Below, in pieces: positions 44,214 through 53,926 of a DNA stretch of 64,000 bases. The notes beneath the pieces were generated by a model, which was given only the letters and a program-made list of their open reading frames with translations, was not told the DNA's origin and ran no database searches. The stretch's first letter is position 1, and each line of letters begins with the position of its first letter. The stretch lies in IMG/VR virus record IMGVR_UViG_3300020165_000007, positions 206,384 to 270,383 of that record; one strand, 5' to 3'. Made by a program: the position numbers and the translations under genes.

Positions 44214-45131
44214 TTATTTCATCAAGAAACCAAGTTCGTAAACCAATGGTCTCATACGGTTCTCCAATGATTTGTAGAGTTCACGGAACTCTTTAAAGTC
44301 CTCAGGGAAGTATTCCTTCCATACGAGTTTGAGTTGAGCGTAACCCGCATCCCATGAGTTCAAGTGGTTCTCATCGTTTGCCATCATCTGACGCATTTGG
44401 ATGGAGTTCTCAACCATCTCGGTCGCTTTGTCCAACACCTCTTTTGCATCGTCAGAGAGTTTGTCGTAGATACGTTCTTCACCAAAGAGAAGTTTGTATA
44501 CGTGACGGTCTGATGCGGTACGAGCGTCGTTGTAAAGTTCATCGTAACCGTTCTCGTCAGCCAATTCTTTCATTCGGTCAGCAGACATCCAAAAGAATTC
44601 ATTTTTGATGTCCCATAACTTGTCTTTGTATTCAACCTGACGGAGAGAGGATTGATTCGAACCTGAATGAAATAATGAATACACTAAAGAATCATATTTA
44701 AATTGTTCGAAATGTTCGTGTTCTTCGTTCGGCGCAAGGTACTCGTCTTTTTGGTTAACCCAATCGGATTTAACAATTTTTCTAACCGAAAATAATGAGA
44801 CACATCTGAAAAAATTAGAGGAGTGTACTGATAATCCATGAGCCATCGCAAAGGTAGAACTCCCAATAGACACACCTGTACCACTCTTATAAATATTATT
44901 GGAATTATTAATCATATAACCCAAATACCCATTAACCACAGAACCCCCACCTGTTTGTTTGTACGATAACGCAGATGTCATTTGAGGAGCATCATGTGTT
45001 TTCATACCCTTAAGTGGTTCTCTAACCCATTTTGATGCTGGTAGAACATTATCAGTATTATAAAGACTCTTAACTGAAGTTTTAACAACTTCTAAATCTT
45101 TATTCATTTCTAAAACGTCAAATTTAAACAT
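44214..45131 (-). CDS. Putative target-recognition/C-terminal subunit of a type IIG-like RM enzyme
   Basis: Directly follows the ENase-MTase ORF; no catalytic motif; ends WDAGYAQLK..LRPLVYELGFL-like. Confidence 0.55.
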   Translation of the reverse strand: MFKFDVLEMNKDLEVVKTSVKSLYNTDNVLPASKWVREPLKGMKTHDAPQMTSALSYKQTGGGSVVNGYLGYMINNSNNIYKSGTGVSIGSSTFAMAHGLSVHSSNFFRCVSLFSVRKIVKSDWVNQKDEYLAPNEEHEHFEQFKYDSLVYSLFHSGSNQSSLRQVEYKDKLWDIKNEFFWMSADRMKELADENGYDELYNDARTASDRHVYKLLFGEERIYDKLSDDAKEVLDKATEMVENSIQMRQMMANDENHLNSWDAGYAQLKLVWKEYFPEDFKEFRELYKSLENRMRPLVYELGFLMK

Positions 45132-45163
45132 ACTTTTTATTTTTATTTATACAAATATAAGGA

Positions 45164-46639
45164 TTATTTCTTAACTGACAAAATAGAAAAGGTTAAACCC
45201 CACGATTGAACATCGGCAAAGTTAGCAGCATCCATAATAAAACCACCGTCAAAACTATACGAGTCAAGGAGTTTCTTTCTGATTTTAATCGAACTTGGAC
45301 CTGTCAAGTACAGTGGTGGACTAAACATGACAATATTAGACTTAACCTCATTAATAATACGGTAAAGAAACTGGTTATAAATTTGTTGTGTTGACTTACC
45401 CATATCATCATTTCTCATTAACCCTCCAACTTTAGTATCCGACAATCCCACTTTTTTAGCACCTTTATTAGCACCGTCATTGGCTGCGGCATATGGAGGA
45501 TTCATCAACACAATGATTTGACGACCTTCCTCAATCGCTTTACGAAGACCTTCAGGAAGTTTCTCGTAGTCATCATTCAAGAAGTCGTACTGAAACTTAA
45601 CCGCCTCAGGGTTGTAACCCATTTGGTTTGCAGTGTCAATATCTGATTGGTTCAAAGTTGAAACATACAACTCACCGAATTTGTAGTCACGAGTCAAATT
45701 ACCTGTTCCCCAAGCTGGGTCCCATACCACGTACTCCTCTTTCCAATTCTCACCGTAAACAGAAGCAATATATTCGTGAGCTTTATCCACCCAAATTGCC
45801 GGTGTGAAGAACTCACCTTGTTTGCGACGAGTTGTATCCTCAACGATACGGTCAACTACCGCAGTCAACTTATCTTTTTGAGATGGTGAGTAAGAGGAAG
45901 AAAAGTGAGCGAAGAACGATTGAAAACCTTCGCGAGACTTAATAGATACCTCACCAAAAGCTTTAGTTACGACAGTCTTTCTACGTTTTGCAGGGTGAAT
46001 ATAGTTATCTTCTTTATTGACCAACAACTGAACAAAAAGATTAGCCAGCTCATTTGTACCCAACTTAGTACGACTAATAACATTCTTTTCAAAATAACGA
46101 AATACCTCAGTAATATTTTTGTCAGTAACTAAAACCTTTCGTTGAATGTTATCTGTCAATTCTTTTACTTTATCGATACACTGTGTAAATCCATCGGGAT
46201 TAAAGATGAATGGATTAATGTTTTCGTCTTGGATAAGTTCGGTAATCAACTCAGGGATACGATAGGCTGAAGAAGGTGCGATAGACCAATCAATGTCCAT
46301 ATCCAAGTACTTAAGGACATCGTTTACGTGTACTGCAAAACACTCATTACGGTCTCCAACAAAAATTGTAGACGGAGGAATGATACCTTTATCATAAAAC
46401 TTCTTAATGTAAAAAATTGACTGAGCCAAAACCTTACAAACTTCAATTTTATTGGTGAGTTTAAGGTCGTCTTTGAATTCTAATAAAGTACGAATATTGT
46501 GTTTTTTGGAAACCGCAAATCCGTCACAGCCAAAAGGAGAAGTGATTTCAAGGTCACTAAACTTATTCATCAAAGTGTGACGATACAGGTTTTCTACATC
46601 CTTTTCGTTGAGCGTTTTATGAAGTTCTTGTAATCCCAT
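45164..46639 (-). CDS. Type IIG-like fused endonuclease and gamma-class N6-adenine methyltransferase (no TRD)
   Basis: N-terminal CDG..LLEFK; QGEFFTP, VVWDPAWGTGNL, VLMNPPY; TATATTTG at 46645-46652. Confidence 0.8.
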   Translation of the reverse strand: MGLQELHKTLNEKDVENLYRHTLMNKFSDLEITSPFGCDGFAVSKKHNIRTLLEFKDDLKLTNKIEVCKVLAQSIFYIKKFYDKGIIPPSTIFVGDRNECFAVHVNDVLKYLDMDIDWSIAPSSAYRIPELITELIQDENINPFIFNPDGFTQCIDKVKELTDNIQRKVLVTDKNITEVFRYFEKNVISRTKLGTNELANLFVQLLVNKEDNYIHPAKRRKTVVTKAFGEVSIKSREGFQSFFAHFSSSYSPSQKDKLTAVVDRIVEDTTRRKQGEFFTPAIWVDKAHEYIASVYGENWKEEYVVWDPAWGTGNLTRDYKFGELYVSTLNQSDIDTANQMGYNPEAVKFQYDFLNDDYEKLPEGLRKAIEEGRQIIVLMNPPYAAANDGANKGAKKVGLSDTKVGGLMRNDDMGKSTQQIYNQFLYRIINEVKSNIVMFSPPLYLTGPSSIKIRKKLLDSYSFDGGFIMDAANFADVQSWGLTFSILSVKK

Positions 46640-46663
46640 GACAACAAATATAGAACATTTTAT

Positions 46664-47206
46664 TCATAAAGCAAAATCGTTAACATATATTTGAAAAAAT
46701 ATGTCGACTGGAACGGTGACTACATCTCCGTTTGGAAAGTAAAATTCAGAACTTAGTTTTTTTGATTTAATAAGCGTTAATTTCTGTATCTTATCTACAC
46801 AATTATATTTCGTTTTATACTCAAAGTAGTCGGGTAAGATGAACGCAACCACATCCGAAAACTGTGAAGCATGATTTATAAATTTAACCGCTAATTTACC
46901 TCTGTTCCCAAATGGTGGACCACCTATAGTTATATACTTACCTTCATCTTTAGGGTTCCACTCAAGAAAATTACCTTCAACAATCTCTTCATGTCTAGGC
47001 TCTATATCTATCCCGAATCTCCTATCTTTAGGTAGTTTAGTTAAAAAAGCTCCGTCACCGGCTGACGGTTCAATGTATGTATACTCATCTGAGTTTATTT
47101 CTAACTCATTTAGTTTTTCTTGTAGTAGACTTAAACATTCGTTAACCATGTCCTTATGTGCAAAGTATTGGTCTCTTTCCTCATATTTTATAATATTTTT
47201 ATTCAT
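46664..47206 (-). CDS. SAM-dependent methyltransferase-like protein with atypical GPPF motif
   Basis: DQYF, IEPSAGDGAF, GIDIEP, IGGPPFG, VAFILP. Confidence 0.75.
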   Translation of the reverse strand: MNKNIIKYEERDQYFAHKDMVNECLSLLQEKLNELEINSDEYTYIEPSAGDGAFLTKLPKDRRFGIDIEPRHEEIVEGNFLEWNPKDEGKYITIGGPPFGNRGKLAVKFINHASQFSDVVAFILPDYFEYKTKYNCVDKIQKLTLIKSKKLSSEFYFPNGDVVTVPVDIFFQIYVNDFAL

Positions 47207-47642
47207 AAAATAAAACCTCTACTCCACTTTCTTCAAACATTATTCTAGACCTTGCTGCGTGAGCATCCCAATGTTCACGATTACGAGTGGTGTCTTCTTT
47301 TTTAACATATATCTTTTTAATACCAGCATTAATTATACCTCTACAACAATCAGAACATGGAACACCACACGTTAGATACATCGTACAATCCTTTGTAGAT
47401 ACTCCGATACGTGCAGCATTCAATATTGCATTCATCTCAGCATGGACAATCCAATAATACTTCTCAGGTCTTACTTGTCTTTCATCAACTTCATCATCTA
47501 TACCACGAGGAAATGAATTATACCCTGTAGACACTATTTCATTGTCTTTACCAACAATTACAGCCCCTATCTGTGTACGTTTATCTTTAGACTTTAATTT
47601 AACAGTCTCAGCGATATTCAAAAAATATTCTTTCCAATTCAT
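47199..47642 (-). CDS. dCMP deaminase
   Basis: GAVIV, TGYNSFPRG, HAEMNAI, PCSDC. Confidence 0.93.
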   Translation of the reverse strand: MNWKEYFLNIAETVKLKSKDKRTQIGAVIVGKDNEIVSTGYNSFPRGIDDEVDERQVRPEKYYWIVHAEMNAILNAARIGVSTKDCTMYLTCGVPCSDCCRGIINAGIKKIYVKKEDTTRNREHWDAHAARSRIMFEESGVEVLFYE

Positions 47643-50014
47643 TGTACAACTTTTGATACGTTTTTAGTTTTTTCTATTTTTACGATAGAGTCAGACCATT
47701 GACTAACCATCGGATTGTGTGTTATAACAAATATTTTTTCAAAGTATGATTTAATCTTATGAAAAAACTCTGACACCATATCAAGGTTATCGTTTGATAT
47801 CTTACCAAACACCTCATCGAACACCACAATATTTGGTTTAGGTAATGAACATACTTTGGATAGTACCGCTCGTAATGCAAGTGAAGCTATAGTTCTTTCA
47901 TATCCACTACCACTACTCATAAGTTTTTCTATTTGGGTATTGTTATCTACCATCCAAAATTCCACTTCATCTTTTTCGGATATACGTACCTCAAGCTTAA
48001 ACTCTGCAGAGTCCATAAGAAGTCTTTGTAATTCAGAATTAATAACAGGAGTCATACTTCTCATAATCATTTTGGTTATACCTTTCTTACCAAACAATTC
48101 TAAATATATCTTATATACTCTTAGTTTTTCTTCTTCCTCTTTGATTCTAGTTATGAATCCATTAAGTTCTTCAATTTTATCTTTGTACTTATTTATATTG
48201 TTATTTGAGGTTGTTATGTTTGAATTGACTTCTTCTTTTTCATTTGTTAGTTCGTCCAATCTCATATCGGCTTTAAGTAGTACCTCATCAATTTTATTGT
48301 TATCCTTAACTTTAACCTCTTGTTCCCTAAACCTATTTAGTATATCTTCAACACCTTTCTTTTTTAACTCAAAAGACTCTATTTGTATTTCACACTTTTC
48401 TTTAACCAATTTGTTCTTTTCATACACATCAAATTGATTTTTAAGGTCGACAAATATTTTTTCTTCTTTTGTGTGTTTCTTAACTTCTTTTACGCACTTC
48501 TTAAGGTATTCTTTTAGTTCTATTAATTCTAATTTTTTGTTCTCAGAATATTCGGACTGAGCAAGTGTTATTCCACAATACTGACATTTGATTCCTCCTT
48601 CAAATTCTTTTAGTTCCCCCTCGATATCCTTAATCTTTGACTCAGTAGTACCAAAACTAATCTCAGACATTAACAACAGTTCTTTAACCCCGTCATGTTT
48701 ATCTTCCTCATACCCTTTTGGTGGTTCCGTAATGTCTAGTTCATCGATATCTTTCTGAGTGTTTGTAATCTTAGACTCGTAATTCTTTATATCTAAATCT
48801 AAGTCGTTTGGATTAACTCTAAGTAAGTCTTTATCAATTCCTGTATGTTTCTTCTGTATCCATTCATCACGGTATTTTTGTCCTTTATCAATTCTTTCGT
48901 TAACATCTTTTATTTGGTTATTATATATTTTAATATTAACCTTTTCCTCTGATATCTTTTCTTTATTGATTTCAATATCTGATTTTAAATCTTCAATATT
49001 ATATAGATTTGAGGTCATCCTTTTATTGAAGTTGGATACAATTTCTTTAGCCGCTTCTTCTTTAAGTTTTAAACTATCTAAACCTAAGAATCTTGATAGT
49101 ACCTGACCTCGTGCTGTTGGTTTAGAATCTATTAGTTCCTCTAAATTACTCGATGTGGTTAAGATAGTCATTAGGAAATCATTCATCTCACCTATGGACC
49201 TCTTAATGAACTCTTCGGTTTCCCTTCTTTGTTCTCCAGTAAAGTTAACCAAGGAACCGTCAACCAACTTCTTAAAGAAATCTAATTTGGTACTTACTGT
49301 AAACCCATCACCATTTCTTTTTGGTTTTCTTATAACCTCACGAACTATAATGTAGTTTTCACCGTCAATAGTAATATCACCTTTAACGCTAACTTTATTC
49401 TTATCTCTAAACCTATTGAATATCTCTTCAGCCTTATTTGTTTTGGTGGTGGTATTAAAGAATAAGAAAAGTAAAAGGTCTACTGTTAATACTGTCTTAC
49501 CTCCAAAGTTTGGTGGGTTAGATTCAACAGCGGTGATACCATTTACCTTATTAAAGTCTATTATTTGATTATCACCAAAAGATAAAAAGTTAGAAAACTC
49601 AATCCTATTTATATACCATTTTTTAAAGGGCGTGATATCTGATTTATCAGCACTTACTTTATTCTCAACAATATCATTAAATTCAAGTATTTCTTTTTCG
49701 TCACCCAATAACTCATGGACTTTTAAAAACTTAGTAATTAAATCTTTTTGAAAATTCTCATCGAGAATATTCATAGATACGTCAACCGACTGTATTTCTT
49801 CGTTTGAAGATTTTACTTTAGTAACTACATTAACATTTTTTGAACCGTACTTTTTTTCAAAGTAAGAACGGACTCTCTTGATTCTTTCTTGTGTGAAATT
49901 GTCAGGAGTGTCTTCCCATACAACTTGTATGTATGGGTTTTTTATTTCGTCTACTTTTAAATCGTGGTTCATATTAACATAGTCAAATTCTATCGGTTGA
50001 TTGAATAGGTCCAT
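47639..50014 (-). CDS. SbcC/Rad50/gp46-like ATPase with ~130-aa N-terminal extension
   Basis: FSNFLSFG, NFGGKT Walker A, CQYC zinc hook, SSGSGYE signature, FDEVFG, ITH. Confidence 0.92.
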   Translation of the reverse strand: MDLFNQPIEFDYVNMNHDLKVDEIKNPYIQVVWEDTPDNFTQERIKRVRSYFEKKYGSKNVNVVTKVKSSNEEIQSVDVSMNILDENFQKDLITKFLKVHELLGDEKEILEFNDIVENKVSADKSDITPFKKWYINRIEFSNFLSFGDNQIIDFNKVNGITAVESNPPNFGGKTVLTVDLLLFLFFNTTTKTNKAEEIFNRFRDKNKVSVKGDITIDGENYIIVREVIRKPKRNGDGFTVSTKLDFFKKLVDGSLVNFTGEQRRETEEFIKRSIGEMNDFLMTILTTSSNLEELIDSKPTARGQVLSRFLGLDSLKLKEEAAKEIVSNFNKRMTSNLYNIEDLKSDIEINKEKISEEKVNIKIYNNQIKDVNERIDKGQKYRDEWIQKKHTGIDKDLLRVNPNDLDLDIKNYESKITNTQKDIDELDITEPPKGYEEDKHDGVKELLLMSEISFGTTESKIKDIEGELKEFEGGIKCQYCGITLAQSEYSENKKLELIELKEYLKKCVKEVKKHTKEEKIFVDLKNQFDVYEKNKLVKEKCEIQIESFELKKKGVEDILNRFREQEVKVKDNNKIDEVLLKADMRLDELTNEKEEVNSNITTSNNNINKYKDKIEELNGFITRIKEEEEKLRVYKIYLELFGKKGITKMIMRSMTPVINSELQRLLMDSAEFKLEVRISEKDEVEFWMVDNNTQIEKLMSSGSGYERTIASLALRAVLSKVCSLPKPNIVVFDEVFGKISNDNLDMVSEFFHKIKSYFEKIFVITHNPMVSQWSDSIVKIEKTKNVSKVVQ

Positions 50015-50217
50015 TACAGACTTATATTCATAGACTCTGATGTGTCTATCTCTTGGTTTTCCGTTTCTCCTGAACCTTTTAATTCTTCCATTTTTTTCAT
50101 CATCTCTTCTTCGAACATCTGTTGCATTTTACTACGTTGATTCGTAATGGTGTTATTTCTTTTCTGAACTCTTTTTCTGTGTGCTTTTGCACCGCCTCGT
50201 AATCTTGATTTTGGCAT
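50014..50217 (-). CDS. Hypothetical protein with basic N-terminus
   Basis: 67-aa ORF. Confidence 0.7.
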   Translation of the reverse strand: MPKSRLRGGAKAHRKRVQKRNNTITNQRSKMQQMFEEEMMKKMEELKGSGETENQEIDTSESMNISL

Positions 50218-50244
50218 GATATTTATATTTAAAGTTAATTTACT

Positions 50245-50463
50245 ATGAAAAAATTTATTAAAAAAATATTAGATAATACTTGGGTTAAATTATTATTCTC
50301 TATTTCAATTATTGTCTCATCTGTACCCTCAATTATACAAGATTTTCAGGACCCAGTCAACAATGGTTACACACATTATGGATTATTTATTGTCGGAGTG
50401 ATGTATTTATTAGAAAGTTTATTATGGATAGCCGACATTTGGAAGACCTCAGAAGAGAGTTAA
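50245..50463 (+). CDS. Small two-TM membrane protein
   Basis: Two hydrophobic segments. Confidence 0.65.
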   Translation: MKKFIKKILDNTWVKLLFSISIIVSSVPSIIQDFQDPVNNGYTHYGLFIVGVMYLLESLLWIADIWKTSEES

Positions 50464-50819
50464 GTGAGTTTGAGAACCTTATTTTTAAGGGTGAAGAGAT
50501 TGACGATAAAAAGTTTTTTATGTTAAAAAAGACTCTTATCGATAACCGAGAAACTTGTAGAGATTTATTGGAACTTTACGATATGTTAGAATCTCTAATT
50601 GATAAAATACAGAATGATAAAATTAATAGAAGATTAAACGTATTAACTATATGGTCCACATTATTCCTTCCGTTATCTTTTTTTACAGGTCTATTCGGTA
50701 TGAATTTTAATGATATTCCTTTTTTAAATAGTCATTATGGTTTTTGGATTTTTGTAATACTTAGTTTATTAACCGTAGGTGGGTTATGGTACTACTTTAA
50801 AAAATACAAATGGTTTTAA
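50424..50819 (+). CDS. Minimal CorA-family Mg2+ channel-like protein
   Basis: INRRLNVLTIWSTLFLPLSFFTGLFGMNF..P with GMN filter, then a second TM. Confidence 0.85.
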   Translation: MDSRHLEDLRRELSEFENLIFKGEEIDDKKFFMLKKTLIDNRETCRDLLELYDMLESLIDKIQNDKINRRLNVLTIWSTLFLPLSFFTGLFGMNFNDIPFLNSHYGFWIFVILSLLTVGGLWYYFKKYKWF

Positions 50820-51043
50820 CCTAAATAAAACTCCATCATTTTACCCATTCTACCATTATTAAAACCTTCTAAAAATAGTACATAGGCTAAGTATACCCAA
50901 CCTAAAAAGAAATGGAATATACCCCAAAATACAGATTTATTAAAGTACCAACTAACAAACATAGCTAACACTCTAAAAATTAAACGGTAGTCTGTTGGTA
51001 TAAGGTGACTTTTAACTATATTTTTCTTTTCTTCTTCAGTCAT
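50816..51043 (-). CDS. Small membrane protein (start corrected to MTEEEKK)
   Basis: SWYFNKSVFWGIFHFFLGWVY; track start overlaps the upstream gene. Confidence 0.65.
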   Translation of the reverse strand: MTEEEKKNIVKSHLIPTDYRLIFRVLAMFVSWYFNKSVFWGIFHFFLGWVYLAYVLFLEGFNNGRMGKMMEFYLG

Positions 51044-51377
51044 TTTTTCTATTTTCTTCAAACCATTCAACAATTGCGTTAATAGCCCAAACACCACCTG
51101 AAGCAAACATACCGTCAAAGAATATCCCAAAGGCCGGATGTAAACCTAAGTACCACGTAAACGGTGAATAGAACAAACTCATAAAAAACCCTACCCAAGT
51201 TGATGTACACATCATACAGACTATAAGTCCTGATAGGAATTTAAATAATGGTGTAATAAGTGGTATATCTGTATTTGACATACTATGAATAGTATTTCTA
51301 TACCCTTCAAATATAGAACCGTATACAAGAATATTACTCATCCCATAAGCGGCTATTAACCATAAAAACATTTCCAT
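51036..51377 (-). CDS. DUF1360-like membrane protein
   Basis: TM helices around LIVCMMCTSTWVG. Confidence 0.65.
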   Translation of the reverse strand: MEMFLWLIAAYGMSNILVYGSIFEGYRNTIHSMSNTDIPLITPLFKFLSGLIVCMMCTSTWVGFFMSLFYSPFTWYLGLHPAFGIFFDGMFASGGVWAINAIVEWFEENRKND

Positions 51378-52267
51378 TATTTATATAAATTATCGTTTAG
51401 ATTGGACGAGCCCATATATTGAGCCTTTATAGGTCCTTTTATCTTTTGTAATTCTAACACATTTTTCTCTAATTGTAAAATGTTTTTATCTTTTTTTATC
51501 ATTTCTTCTCTTAATGTTTGAAGTGTTTTTTGTAGTTTCTTTTGTTTTTCTTTGTTTTCTACTTCCTTAGTAACTTCTACTATTTTTTCAGTAATAACCT
51601 CCTTCACTACTTCAACAATTTTTTCTACCTCAACTTCTTTTATTACTTCAACAATTTTTTCTACCTCAACTTCTTTTATTATTTCAACCGGTTTTTCTAT
51701 TATTATTTCTTTTTCAATCGTCTTGGGAGGTATATTTTCTAAATGTTGTATTTTAACTAATAGTTCTTTTATCTCGGTATCATCTGTAATGTAAATTTCT
51801 TTCTCTACTTCTATTTCTTTTATGGTTTCTATTAATTTTTCAACTTCGACCTCTTTTATTACTTCCACAATTTTCTCAACTTCTTTTATAACTTCTACTG
51901 GTTTTTCTATTTCTTTTATAACTTCTACAATTTTCTCAACCTCAACCTCAACTTCTTTTATAACTTCTACAATTTTCTCAACTTCTTTTATAACTTCTAC
52001 CGGTTTTTCTATTTCTTTTATAACTTCTACAATTTTCTCAACCTCAACTTCTTTTATAACTTCTTTTATAACTTCTTTTATAACTTCTTTTTCAATAACA
52101 GATTGCCCGTCTATAGTTAATAAACCATACTTTTCAATTTGATATCCTTTATTAAAGCACTCTTTTACGAATTTAAAATAATCTAACTCATTAAGATTAC
52201 AAAATGAGTTGATGTCTTTTAATTCATCTGCAGAAAATTTAATTATTGACAAGTCTTTCTTTTCCAT
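51377..52267 (-). CDS. E/V/K/I-repeat (VEKIVEVIKE) protein
   Basis: About 180 aa of EKIVEV-type repeats between a small N-terminal domain and a coiled coil. Confidence 0.85.
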   Translation of the reverse strand: MEKKDLSIIKFSADELKDINSFCNLNELDYFKFVKECFNKGYQIEKYGLLTIDGQSVIEKEVIKEVIKEVIKEVEVEKIVEVIKEIEKPVEVIKEVEKIVEVIKEVEVEVEKIVEVIKEIEKPVEVIKEVEKIVEVIKEVEVEKLIETIKEIEVEKEIYITDDTEIKELLVKIQHLENIPPKTIEKEIIIEKPVEIIKEVEVEKIVEVIKEVEVEKIVEVVKEVITEKIVEVTKEVENKEKQKKLQKTLQTLREEMIKKDKNILQLEKNVLELQKIKGPIKAQYMGSSNLNDNLYK

Positions 52268-53024
52268 TTACCAAATCATCTATCGATTTAATTTTAAAAT
52301 TTAAAAATGGTCGTGGGTTGGGTAAGTCAATTGTTTCATACTTATCCTTATCAACATGATAAATACCATATCCGTGATTCTTTACACTTTCACCAAAATT
52401 TTGTTGTATTGTGGAACCAACCATATATGCCTTTTTATTATTAGGTATGTTAAAAGTTTGTCTTTTATGTATGTCTCCACATAAAACTAAATCACACCCT
52501 TTAAACCTTGCAGTATCAAACCCATCTTCAAACTTATACCCGATATCAGTCGTTAATCCTTGAATAGGTCCGTGAAATAATCCAATTTTAAGGTTATCCG
52601 ATTTATCGATTTGAGGTCTTACATTATGGTTAACTAATGAGTATACTACCCATTCTATGTTTTCGTCAGTATATACACCACTATCTTTATGATACACTAT
52701 ATTATTATTTTCTAGTGAATCTATAATCGGTGATAAAGCATCAACTCTGTTTAAATTACTTTCTAAAAAATCATGATTACCAATAATTAATACAGTTTTA
52801 CATATCTTGGAACATTCACCTAAAATCCAAACAACAAAGTTAATTAATTCGGGAGTCATCTGATTTTTAGAGTGTACTAAATCACCCGTAAATACTATTC
52901 TATCAGGTTTTTCTTTTTTCCACTGAGATAACGCATTAGTCATTATTTCACGATATAAGTCGTGGTCTTTGAATAACCTAATGTGTAAGTCAGAAAAATG
53001 TATAATTTTATTAATCATAAGCAA
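52239..53024 (-). CDS. SbcD/Mre11/gp47-like metallophosphoesterase
   Basis: SDLH, TGDLVH, GNHD, FHG, GDIHKRQ. Confidence 0.92.
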   Translation of the reverse strand: MLMINKIIHFSDLHIRLFKDHDLYREIMTNALSQWKKEKPDRIVFTGDLVHSKNQMTPELINFVVWILGECSKICKTVLIIGNHDFLESNLNRVDALSPIIDSLENNNIVYHKDSGVYTDENIEWVVYSLVNHNVRPQIDKSDNLKIGLFHGPIQGLTTDIGYKFEDGFDTARFKGCDLVLCGDIHKRQTFNIPNNKKAYMVGSTIQQNFGESVKNHGYGIYHVDKDKYETIDLPNPRPFLNFKIKSIDDLVNGKERLVNN

Positions 53025-53926
53025 CTTAAGTATCTTTCTCCTCTGTCACATAGGAATGTTACAACACGACCTCTAGGGTTGTTTTTTTCGACCCACCTTT
53101 CAGCCGCTAAAATATTTGCACCTGCAGATATACCTACAAAGATACCTCTTTCTTTTGCTAATCTTATTGCTCTATGTTTAGCGTCTTCGGTAGATATTGT
53201 AACCACTTCTTTCACACTATCCATGTCTACAAGAAATTTAGAGCCGTCACCTATTCCCTGTATACCGTGTAATCCAGGTTCTCCACCACTCATAACAGGT
53301 GATTCTGAAGGTTCAACTGCAATCATTTTTATTAGTGGATACTGTTTGTCTAATGTTTTTTTACACCCCATTAAAGTTCCTCCAGTTCCTGTCCCTGTAA
53401 CTACCGCCTCAAGATATTCAGACCTTTTTTGAAAGAAGTCTAATATCTCAACCGCAGTACCTTCAGAGTGTGACTTTATGTTTATCGGGTTACCGAATTG
53501 ATTACAGTTGTACCATCCGTTTTCTATAGCTAATTCATCTCTTAGTCTAATGGCTCCATCAAAATCACCAGCGTCAACCTCAATTAATTCCGCACCATAT
53601 AGTCTCAACATATGTTTTCTTTCGTCAGACATATTAGACGGCATTACAATCTTACATTTATAACCTCTCTCTGCTGCTAACCAAGCAAATGAAATTCCCA
53701 TGTTACCTGAAGTGGCCTCGATGATAGTATCACCATTCTTTAAAACCCCCATAAGTTCGGCATTATCTAAAATATAACTAGCGGGTCTATCTTTGATGGA
53801 ACCTGTAGGGTTAAAAATCTCAGCCTTAGCATATATTTTATCGCTGATTTTTATCATAGGAGTATTTCCTATCATAGAAGATAATTTCATTTTATTATCT
53901 GGTATACCGTATTTACTTATACTCAT
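53015..53926 (-). CDS. cysK: Cysteine synthase (CysK/CysM family)
   Basis: GNTP, NPTGSIKDR, EATSGNMG, GTGTGGT, HGIQGIG, GISAGA, CDRGERYLS. Confidence 0.93.
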   Translation of the reverse strand: MSISKYGIPDNKMKLSSMIGNTPMIKISDKIYAKAEIFNPTGSIKDRPASYILDNAELMGVLKNGDTIIEATSGNMGISFAWLAAERGYKCKIVMPSNMSDERKHMLRLYGAELIEVDAGDFDGAIRLRDELAIENGWYNCNQFGNPINIKSHSEGTAVEILDFFQKRSEYLEAVVTGTGTGGTLMGCKKTLDKQYPLIKMIAVEPSESPVMSGGEPGLHGIQGIGDGSKFLVDMDSVKEVVTISTEDAKHRAIRLAKERGIFVGISAGANILAAERWVEKNNPRGRVVTFLCDRGERYLSCL

